Below are positions 20,062 through 28,033 of a stretch of DNA of 31,145 nucleotides, piece after piece. The stretch comes from Tubiluchus corallicola. Taxonomy: Eukaryota > Animalia > Priapulida. Position 1 is the first letter of the stretch. The number at the start of each line of letters is the position of its first letter. The translations under genes were made by a program, and so were the position numbers. A model generated the notes under the pieces. The model ran no database searches and was not told the origin of the DNA. It saw only the letters and a list, made by a program, of their open reading frames with translations. The stretch lies in contig JAQGDQ010002451.1 of NCBI GenBank assembly GCA_030141605.1, forward strand, positions 1 to 31,145, written 5' to 3'.

Positions 20062-21357
20062 ATGTATAAAACAAAAGGGGGTTGCTATAAAAATTCATTA
20101 AAAAGAATAATTTGGTTTCTATTTCTTTTCAATCTCTATTTGATAAACTATGGCCAGCAGTTTTATACAATATCCGAAACTGAGCTTCGAGATAAAATAG
20201 CAGGATACTGGATAGGGCAATTAGTAGGCAATTATATGGGCTTTCCATTCGAATTTGTTTATAGCGATGAGCCTATCCCATTATTTATTGATAGATACTA
20301 CAATGTAACTGATACTCCCTCCATAGAGATAAACCGTAACGACAGAAGAGGCTATATAAATATAATGGCCGATGCACTAGGAGGAGCATGGAGCGATGAT
20401 GATACCGATATTGAATTTGTTACCCTTCACGCCGTAGAAAAATATGGCTTGGATATAACTTACCCTGAGATTACAGAATTTTGGAAAAAACATATCAACA
20501 GATTTATTTGGGTGAGCAATAGAAAGGCGAGAGACCTTATGGACAAAGGACTACTTCCACCTGAAACAGGGAAGAAAGAAAACAATCCATATTGGTTTGC
20601 CATCGACCCTCAACTTGTTAACGAAATATGGAGTGTATTTTACCCGGGGATGGTAGAAAAAGCTGTTTATAAAGCTGAATGGGGTGCTAAAATAACAAGT
20701 GAAGATTGGGGAACACATCCTACTATTTTTTATGCTGCTTTATACAGTGCTGCATTCTTTGAAACAGATATTAATAAACTATACAATATTGGGATGTCCT
20801 ATATTCCAATATCTAGCCCATTTAAAAAAGGATTAGAAGATGTAAGAAAATGGCATACAGAATATGACGATTGGAGAATTACGCGAGGGTTAATACAAAA
20901 ACACTATTTAAACTATCCTAAAACTACTCCTGACAATAATGAATGGTTTCTTCAAGTATCTTCTATTATAAATGGACTACTTGGAGCTATGGCAATTTTA
21001 TATGGAGAAGGCGATTTTATAAAAACAACAGGAATAGCAGTATCTGCTGGTTATGATTGCGACAATCAAGCCGCAACTTGTGGTGGTTTAATTGGTGTTT
21101 TAAATGGCTCTAAATCTATTCCTAAACACTTAACCCACGAAGTAGGCCTAAATGAGAAATGGACGGAACCTTTCAATAATCAATACATTAACTATTCTCG
21201 CGATGGACTACCCAATGTAACATTAATTACAGACATAATCGACAGAATTTTGAGAATAACAGAAAATGCTATAACTCAAAATGGAGGGCAAAAAATAGAA
21301 GATAATAGAGAAATTCTATTTAAAGTTAAAGTTTCAAAAGACTTGTATATAAATTAA
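20062..21357 (+). CDS. ADP-ribosylglycohydrolase (ARH/DraG) fold protein with predicted signal peptide
   Basis: DKIAGYWIGQLVGNYMGFPFE N-terminal motif; metal-binding motifs WSDDDTDIE and GYDCDNQAATCGGLIG; basic then hydrophobic N-terminus ending YG-QQ. Confidence 0.85.
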   Translation: MYKTKGGCYKNSLKRIIWFLFLFNLYLINYGQQFYTISETELRDKIAGYWIGQLVGNYMGFPFEFVYSDEPIPLFIDRYYNVTDTPSIEINRNDRRGYINIMADALGGAWSDDDTDIEFVTLHAVEKYGLDITYPEITEFWKKHINRFIWVSNRKARDLMDKGLLPPETGKKENNPYWFAIDPQLVNEIWSVFYPGMVEKAVYKAEWGAKITSEDWGTHPTIFYAALYSAAFFETDINKLYNIGMSYIPISSPFKKGLEDVRKWHTEYDDWRITRGLIQKHYLNYPKTTPDNNEWFLQVSSIINGLLGAMAILYGEGDFIKTTGIAVSAGYDCDNQAATCGGLIGVLNGSKSIPKHLTHEVGLNEKWTEPFNNQYINYSRDGLPNVTLITDIIDRILRITENAITQNGGQKIEDNREILFKVKVSKDLYIN

Positions 21358-21410
21358 ATAAACTACCCTTAAAAATATATATTAATCTTATTTAAATAAA
21401 AAATAAAAAT

Positions 21411-23675
21411 ATGAAAACCACTTTATTAACAGTAAAAATAGCACTAAGTATATTGTTTTTGCATTCGTGCAACAATAGTGTTACAAAAAATCAAACCGAA
21501 AAAGACAAAGCAATAAACAAAAAAGTTGAGCAAGTGCTATCTCAGATGACCCTGCAAGAAAAATTAGGGCAAATGCAACAAATAGATGCAGGAATAGACA
21601 AAAAAATAATTATCAAAAGAATAAAAAATGGAGAGTTGGGCTCAATCCTAAATGTAAGTGATGTAGATGCTGCTAACGAATTCCAACGAGTGGCTACTGA
21701 AGAAAGCCGAATGAAAATACCTCTTATTATTGGTAGAGATGTCATTCACGGCTATAAAACAGTATTTCCAATACCCTTAGGGCAAGCATCTTCTTGGAAT
21801 CCTAACTTAATAGAACAAGCCGCAGCTATTGCCGCAGAAGAAGCAGCCTCTGCAGGAATTAACTGGACATTTGCTCCTATGATGGATGTTACAAGAGATC
21901 CGCGCTGGGGACGTGTAGCCGAAACCTTAGGAGAAGATACCTATCTTACAAGTATACTGTCTGCTGCTATGGTAAAAGGATTTCAAGGCGACCTATCGGC
22001 ACACAATACCATAGCAGCCTGTGCTAAACATTATGTAGGCTATGGAGCCTCTGAAAGTGGCAAAGATTATAATACCACCAACATACCAGAGAATGAATTG
22101 AGAAATATACACCTACCTCCATTTAAAAATGCTGTGGATGCGGGTGTGGCTACTATAATGTCGGCTTTTAACGATATAGACGGCATACCTGCTTCAGGAA
22201 ATGTACATACTCTAAAAACTATATTGAAAGACGAATGGGGCTTTAAAGGCTTCGTAGTAAGCGACTGGGAGTCTATGAACCAAATGATAGTACACGGCTT
22301 TTGCAAAGACAACAAAGAAGTGGCTTACCGCTCGGCACTTGCCCAAACAGATATGGAAATGACAGGTACCACCTACAACGACCATTTGGAAGAACTGATA
22401 AAAGAAGGTAAAATATCAGAAAAATTTGTTGACGATGCTGTAAGGCGTATACTAAAAGTTAAGTTTCAATTGGGATTGTTTGACGATGCACAAACTGATG
22501 TGAAAAAATACCCGCAATTGGTGAACGATGATTACAAAAAAATAGCTAAGGAAATAGCAACACAATCTATTGTGCTACTCAAAAACAAAAACGATATTTT
22601 ACCATTATCAGCCCCACTGAACAAGGTAGCAATAATAGGGCCTATGGCAGACGAACCCTACGAACAAATGGGAACTTGGACATTCGATGGAGATGAAAAG
22701 CACACTATCACTCCACTGGTTGCTATCAAAGATATGTTAGGAAAAAACAAAGTTCTTTATTCAAAAGGCTTGGAAACAACACGCTCTACAAAAAAAGGAA
22801 GGTTTGCAGAAGCTAAAAAAACGGCCCAACAAGCAGATGTAGTGTTGCTATTTGCAGGCGAAGAAGCTTTTTTGTCAGGAGAATCCAACAGCAGAGCAAA
22901 TATCAATTTGCCGGGAGCACAAGAAGACCTCGTGAAGGAAATAGCCTCTACTAATAAGCCTATTATACTAATAGTTATGGCAGGACGTCCTATTGTGCTA
23001 ACACAAATATTAGATAAGGTAGATGCAGTATTTTTTGCTTGGCATCCGGGAACAATGGGAGGAGAAGCATTGGCAGACCTTATATTTGGCAATAAAGTTC
23101 CGTCTGCTAAGTTGCCTATTAGTATCCCTCGTTCCGTAGGACAAATACCCGTATATTACAGTTATAAAAATACAGGAAGGCCTACACTTGAACCAAGAGT
23201 AGAATTGGAAGACTATCCTGACAAAGTAAAACAGCTTTCTACGGGCTTTACCTCTCGGTATTTGGATGAAGAACTTACGCCCCTATTTCCCTTTGGCTAT
23301 GGGTTGTCATACACCACATTCAATTATTCTGATATAAAACTATCATCTTCATCTATAAAAAAAGGAGAAAACATTATCATTACAGCCAAACTTACCAACA
23401 CGGGAAATAAAGATGCTGAAGAAATAGCACAACTTTACATAAGAGACCTTGTAGGCAATATTACCCGACCTGTAAAAGAGCTGAAAGGATTTCAAAGAGT
23501 ATTCTTAAAAGCAGGAGAAACGAAAACAATTGAATTTACACTTACTAGCAAAGACCTAATGTTTTATAGCTCGTTGAAAAAGAAATGGATATTAGAAGAA
23601 GGCGATTTTGAAGTTTGGGTAGGTGAAAATTCTGCTACTAACTTAAAAACTAAGTTCGAATTATTGAACAATTAA
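21411..23675 (+). CDS. bglX: GH3 beta-glucosidase (BglX-like) lipoprotein
   Basis: Lipobox LHSC; DVIHG, RDPRWGRVAE, CAKHY, nucleophile VVSDW, PLFPFGYGLSYTTF; FN3-like C-terminus with RPVKELKGF. Confidence 0.95.
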   Translation: MKTTLLTVKIALSILFLHSCNNSVTKNQTEKDKAINKKVEQVLSQMTLQEKLGQMQQIDAGIDKKIIIKRIKNGELGSILNVSDVDAANEFQRVATEESRMKIPLIIGRDVIHGYKTVFPIPLGQASSWNPNLIEQAAAIAAEEAASAGINWTFAPMMDVTRDPRWGRVAETLGEDTYLTSILSAAMVKGFQGDLSAHNTIAACAKHYVGYGASESGKDYNTTNIPENELRNIHLPPFKNAVDAGVATIMSAFNDIDGIPASGNVHTLKTILKDEWGFKGFVVSDWESMNQMIVHGFCKDNKEVAYRSALAQTDMEMTGTTYNDHLEELIKEGKISEKFVDDAVRRILKVKFQLGLFDDAQTDVKKYPQLVNDDYKKIAKEIATQSIVLLKNKNDILPLSAPLNKVAIIGPMADEPYEQMGTWTFDGDEKHTITPLVAIKDMLGKNKVLYSKGLETTRSTKKGRFAEAKKTAQQADVVLLFAGEEAFLSGESNSRANINLPGAQEDLVKEIASTNKPIILIVMAGRPIVLTQILDKVDAVFFAWHPGTMGGEALADLIFGNKVPSAKLPISIPRSVGQIPVYYSYKNTGRPTLEPRVELEDYPDKVKQLSTGFTSRYLDEELTPLFPFGYGLSYTTFNYSDIKLSSSSIKKGENIIITAKLTNTGNKDAEEIAQLYIRDLVGNITRPVKELKGFQRVFLKAGETKTIEFTLTSKDLMFYSSLKKKWILEEGDFEVWVGENSATNLKTKFELLNN

Positions 23676-23691
23676 AAACTGATTCAAAGAA

Positions 23692-23732
23692 GAAAGGGCT
23701 TTATCCCTATTACAATAAGATAAAGCTCTTTC
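23692..23732 (+). terminator. Hairpin after GH3, probable end of the PUL transcript
   Basis: 14-bp stem GAAAGGGCTTTATC / GATAAAGCTCTTTC with one G-U pair and a 13-nt loop; no clear U-tract. Confidence 0.5.
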
Positions 23733-23799
23733 GAAAATCAAAATAACAGGCCAAACAAAATATTATTGTGATAGTATATTCAATTACCACATATTAATA

Positions 23800-23830
23800 T
23801 TGCATAAATAAAAACAAAAAACTACCTTTG
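23800..23830 (+). promoter_or_regulatory. tRNA-Leu promoter
   Basis: TTG (23800-23802), 20-bp spacer, then TACCTTTG (23823-23830), ending 18 bp before the tRNA. Confidence 0.7.
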
Positions 23831-23848
23831 CAATATATATAACTATAT

Positions 23849-23933
23849 GCCCAGGTGGCGGAATTGGTAGACGCGCTGGTCTCAAACACCAGTGGAGCAA
23901 TCCTTGTCGGTTCGATCCCGACCCTGGGTACCA
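23849..23933 (+). tRNA. tRNA-Leu (anticodon CAA)
   Basis: Acceptor stem GCCCAGG/CCTGGGT, D-loop GGAATTGGTAGAC, anticodon arm CTGGT-CTCAAAC-ACCAG, long variable arm, GGTTCGATCC T-arm and encoded CCA; 85 nt. Confidence 0.97.
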
Positions 23934-24083
23934 CAAAAAAACTAAAATTTGCTGCACAGATCTTTTTCATCTTTCTTACAACTTCATTAATAAGCCAAAG
24001 TATAACCGTTTTCGTGGGCTTGCAAGCCTTTTCTAAGGATAAAATTATTAGCTTTACCGTCAGAAATTTTAAACAAAATTAAA

Positions 24084-24281
24084 GTGGTTTGCAAGCAAAC
24101 AAAAACAATTGCTTTTAGTATTATTATATTTGGGGCAATCATTCGTCTTGTACAGTATTTCTACAATAATGCTTTGTGGTTGGACGAAATTAATCTATCA
24201 TTAAACATCCTCGAAAGAAGTTATATAGAACTCTTACAACCCTTAGAGCGGGGGCAGGCTGCTCCTATTTTTTTTCTTTGA
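24084..24281 (+). pseudogene. Truncated membrane glycosyltransferase (GT-C fold, GT39/PMT-like N-terminus)
   Basis: First TM helix followed by GAIIRL...ALWLDE...QAAPIFFL, the usual N-terminal loop of these long proteins, but TGA occurs after 65 codons. Confidence 0.7.
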
Positions 24282-24818
24282 GTAAGGTATCTAACAATCC
24301 TACTGACAAATCAGAGGGCTTGTCTATGGGCAATATGTAGGTGTCGCCTGCTTCGCACTTTTGGAGTCTATTGCTTTTGTCTCAATAGAAGGTGGAGAAG
24401 TGTTTTTTTCTGGTGTGTTGTTGTCATAATGTTTAGTTAATAGTTAAATTTTCTTATGCTCTTTTACTCATTATATCTTATTTTCAAATGATATGAGTGA
24501 GTTCAGTTGCTCATACAACTACAATTAAAGTAAACTAAAAACTAAAAATTCTGTAAAGCAGAAACGACTGCCCTTAAAGGCTTTTGATAGAAAAACAGGC
24601 AAAAGGTGGAACGATTATTTTCTCACTGTTTGAGCCTTTTGAAAAAGACGAGTTTTGAGAAGATAGCGAAGTAGATAGCATAGTTTTGTGCAATTTGTCT
24701 TATTTTTGCACATTTCGTCTTGTGGATTATAGCTTTACGTTCACACCTGTGGCAGATAATTTTGTTGTTGAAGGCAGAGTTGATAGAGATAATACATAAC
24801 TACAAAAGCAGAAAAGTA

Positions 24819-25500
24819 TTATTCTTGTTCTTCCTTAACTACAACAGTCCATTCTTTTTCCTTTCCATCTTCGGCTGTTACAATGTAGGTTACAGGGTTG
24901 GTAAAACCTTGCTCCTCAACACTTTCAGGGCTTACACTAGCTTTGTCCGATATATTAAAGGGTAGGTTTTAGTTTTTTTAGGTCTGTTTCATAAGGCACT
25001 TCTACTGCTATTTGATTATCAGTAATAATTCCTTTTGCCCTAAATCCGTTATCATCTTTTAAGAAAACAAAAGAGTCTATTACTGCTTCTTGGTATGCTT
25101 TTCTTACTATGACTTTGTAATTAACAGTACTGCCATCTTCGGCAGTTACTACATAAGGTACTGTGTCTTGATAAGACCTCGCTTCTTCAGGGTTAGGGCT
25201 TATTGTTGCTTTTTCAGATATTTCTGCCTTAGCTATTAAATTGGTTACATCCAAATTACCCGTATATACATAGCTAACAGGATAGTACCAATTGTAATAT
25301 TTGTAATTTTCAGTATCATCTGGTAAGTAATCTATTGTATAGTCCTTATCAGTGCCAACATATGTATCTTCCCAGTTGTCATTTATGAAAAATTTAAATG
25401 ATTTTATTTCCCTGTGAAAAGATAATAATTCTGTATTCTCTTCTTGCTCACAGCTTATAAGTATTAAAAAAGAAAAGAAAATTAATATTGTATTTTTCAT
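24819..25500 (-). pseudogene. Lipoprotein with two Ig-like DUF5018-type repeats, interrupted by a +1 frameshift near 24960
   Basis: Lipobox LISC from the ATG at 25500. Repeat 1 is ISEKATISP...VPYVVTAEDGSTVNYKVIV. Repeat 2 continues after the shift as FNISDKASVSPES...PVTYIVTAEDGKEKEWTVVVKEEQE, stop at 24819. Confidence 0.75.
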
Positions 25501-25609
25501 AGTATTAAAGTTTTTTATCAGACAACCAATTAAATCTACTTGCAATAATACTATTTTTTTTAATAAAAAACTAAGAAGGGGGGTAAACTTTAGTGAGCTT
25601 TTAAATCGT

Positions 25610-25867
25610 GGTAGTTGTATTTTGTGCAATGGAACAAACGGAGCGGAATTGCCTAACTTCAAAACTATGTCTATAGTAAGGTATGATAGTGGGGATAGTG
25701 ATTACAAAACAATAGGCAACATCGCAGGTGTTAAAACTACAGCCGCCCTTATCAAAGACCGGATACCTAGCTGTAAGCACAGTGTATCAGAGAGTAGTAA
25801 AGATAACGAACAGACTCACGAGAACCATCCATCTTACTACAATTTGGCTTATACTATGAAGTGGTAG
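25610..25867 (+). pseudogene. Degenerate phage tail-collar/tail-fibre-like domain fragment
   Basis: GSCILCNGTNGAELPNF...YDSGDSDYKTIGNIAGVKT...IPSCKH...HENHPSYYNLAYTMK follows the GWxLCNG...LPDL...GG.KT...MPSH.H...HENRPPYY.LAYIMK pattern with many substitutions; no convincing start codon. Confidence 0.6.
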
Positions 25868-27146
25868 GTTTTGTGGAGAAAAAGATTACACTTTTATCAT
25901 CTTTGTTTTTCCATATATTTATAGCATAAAACACAAATAAAAACAAAGGTAAAAAAGCAAAAATATCATAATGTCGTATAAAATTGTAAAGGAACTTACC
26001 AGTAGTATCGCTTCCTTCTACACCTAAAAAAAATATAAGAAAGAAAATGAAATAATAAAGAGGCTTCTGATTTATATTTATAGTTTTTCTATCTATAAGA
26101 AAGAAGGGAAGATAGACAAGCAGGAACGTAACAAGATGAGCTGTCCAAGTAAAAGAGGCAAATAAGTGCAAAAAAATAAAAATCATTGCAAAATAAGATA
26201 AGTTAAAATAGGAATCCCTTCTCTTTAGCACAATGGTTACAACTATTATTACAAATACCATTAAAGATAAAATAATATTTGTAATAACTTTGATACTGCT
26301 ACTCTTTTTCAGTATATCAGGTGTTGCTTCAACAGTTCGTTCTGTTGAACATAATCCAGCTATTTTATGAAAAGTAGCTTTTAAAGCGTGGTTAGTATGA
26401 GTAAAAGAATATCCATCGTTTTGGAGCGAATGCAATACTTTATAGTAAGTTGTGTTGTCTTCTATACTATTATTTGCACCTCTGAAAAGAAAGGGGAGGA
26501 CAAAACACAACAAGCCTACTAGTATTGTATATACAATTACTTTTCTTTTGAAATAGTAAAAAAACACAAAAATGACAAAAAAAATGGGAGTTACTTTTAT
26601 TAAAGCTGCAATCACAAAAAACACATTACTAAGGTGTGGTTTCTTTTTAGACAGGTAGTAGATACCTATTAGGCATAGTACAAACAATAGAAAATTGACT
26701 TGAAACATACTAAGGTTATTCCAATAAAACTTTAATGCTCCAATGCTTGTTAGTACAAGAGGTATTTTAATTTTTTTTGCCTCCCAACCAATGCTGAGGC
26801 AAATCTTATATAGCAATAAAATAGATAAGGGCAATAAGACTAAGGTATTAAACAACCAAAAAAAAAATGCAGAAAGTTTTAACGGAAAAATAGCCATTAG
26901 TTGAAAAACAAAAGCAGCAAAAGATGGATAAATAAAAGGTCTTGCCCCTTCTATAGTTTCGTAAAGGTTTTGTTGATTAAAAAAATCGCTACCTGCTTGC
27001 CAGAAAACGTGATAATCAAAGCCAATATCTATTTTTTGAGATCGGGAAAACCCTAATACAGTAAAAACAACAATATAGAAAATAGTTAAGCTAAGCCATA
27101 AAGGTTTTTTCTTAATAGCTTTAAATAATAGCTTTAATTCTTTCAC
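25854..27146 (-). CDS. Glycosyltransferase family 87-like (DUF2029) polytopic membrane protein
   Basis: DYHVFWQAG, LYE, PFIYPSFAA, FQVNFLL, ALIKVTP, NHAL and TWTAHLV motifs; many TM helices. Confidence 0.8.
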   Translation of the reverse strand: MKELKLLFKAIKKKPLWLSLTIFYIVVFTVLGFSRSQKIDIGFDYHVFWQAGSDFFNQQNLYETIEGARPFIYPSFAAFVFQLMAIFPLKLSAFFFWLFNTLVLLPLSILLLYKICLSIGWEAKKIKIPLVLTSIGALKFYWNNLSMFQVNFLLFVLCLIGIYYLSKKKPHLSNVFFVIAALIKVTPIFFVIFVFFYYFKRKVIVYTILVGLLCFVLPFLFRGANNSIEDNTTYYKVLHSLQNDGYSFTHTNHALKATFHKIAGLCSTERTVEATPDILKKSSSIKVITNIILSLMVFVIIVVTIVLKRRDSYFNLSYFAMIFIFLHLFASFTWTAHLVTFLLVYLPFFLIDRKTININQKPLYYFIFFLIFFLGVEGSDTTGKFLYNFIRHYDIFAFLPLFLFVFYAINIWKNKDDKSVIFFSTKPTTS

Positions 27147-27168
27147 TGGATATTTTTAAAAAAAATAT

Positions 27169-27221
27169 TGTAAATATAGAAATAAAAAGATTAAACATAG
27201 TTTTTTATTTCTACATTTATA
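27169..27221. repeat. 20-bp inverted repeat with 13-bp spacer upstream of the GT87 gene
   Basis: TGTAAATATAGAAATAAAAA (27169-27188) matches the reverse complement of 27202-27221 at 18/20 positions. Confidence 0.6.
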
Positions 27222-27242
27222 AAGCTGTCCGCCTTATTACAT

Positions 27243-27275
27243 AATACTTCTATATCAATCATATATAGAAGTATT
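27243..27275. repeat. Perfect 13-bp hairpin with 7-nt loop
   Basis: AATACTTCTATAT-CAATCAT-ATATAGAAGTATT. Confidence 0.7.
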
Positions 27276-27405
27276 TGGGGCACCACGAAGTACTATATCC
27301 ACAAGACTAGTATGCAATACTTATAGAGTTAGCAATGTCTCAATAGCAAACGATAGAATATCTGCAAAATAGAGGTTATACATACAACTTATAATATTTC
27401 CATAT

Positions 27406-27704
27406 CTAATAATGTACATATTTGCGTGTGCTTTTAATGCCCTCGCCATAATAATAGGGACCGTCTTGCATAAATACACTTTGAAATATGGGAAACTTGC
27501 GCTCTATTTGTGCCTTGCCTGTAGCTGTGTGTTTGCACTCTACTGTTGCTTCTATTTGTTCTATCCTTTCCATTCTGTTGTATTATGGCCTGGAAAACGG
27601 TCTAGCACCAATTTTGCAGGCAGGCAATCCGTGTAGATACAATACATCAGTATAAGTGTGTCTACTTTCAATTGTGCACGACTACTACCTAGTGTGTAGC
27701 CCAT
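27406..27704 (-). pseudogene. Degenerate Mu-like DDE transposase/integrase-core fragment
   Basis: Two minus frames joined by one shift: ...CLPAKLVLDRFPGHNTTEWK and ERIEQIEATVECKHTATGKAQIERKFPIFQSVFMQDGPYYYGEGIKSTRKYVH. Resembles, from memory, Bacteroidota Mu-like transposase cores. Confidence 0.6.
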
Positions 27705-28033
27705 AACGGAAATAAAATAACTATTTTACAAAAAGAACCTTCTTACAAAAACGAGCTTCTCAATGAAAAAGATGAGTGCATCTAAAAAGTTGAAGGAGTA
27801 TATAAAACTGCTTAGAAACTCTTAAAAACTCGCTTAAATATTGTGTAATTAAAATTTTCACAGGTTTCCCATCTAAAAATAGTAGAATAGTATAAAATTA
27901 AAGCAAGCTTTTGCAATGTTTTGTTTTTTTATTTTATTTTTACGTAACACTTTGTTTTGTCTACTATATATTATGTATTTCAAGACAAAAATATGCTTTC
28001 ATAAATATGGTAAGCAAAAAAGTTAAGAGTTTG

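Noticed and set aside
23855-24082. 75-aa ORF MAELVDALVSNTSG...
   Set aside because: Translation of tRNA-Leu and its trailer; not a protein.
24279-24281. TGA recoding or alternative genetic code
   Set aside because: Conserved genes in the window end in TGA and none of them has an internal TGA.
24720-24965. 81-aa + strand ORF
   Set aside because: Mostly antisense to the frameshifted C-terminus of the Ig-like lipoprotein.
25501-25662. N-terminal extension of the 235-aa minus ORF
   Set aside because: The lipoprotein signal begins at the ATG at 25500; the extension overlaps the tail-collar remnant.
27412-27636. 74-aa hydrophobic + strand ORF
   Set aside because: Antisense shadow of the transposase-like remnant on the minus strand.
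27954-27981. dif-like TATATA-TTATGT segment downstream of recN
   Set aside because: Only 6 bases match the XerD arm, the XerC arm is poor, and the skew polarity is opposite to a terminus. More likely part of a weak hairpin (27955-27990).
23849-28033. Intact integrative element at tRNA-Leu
   Set aside because: No integrase and no duplicated tRNA 3' end were seen.
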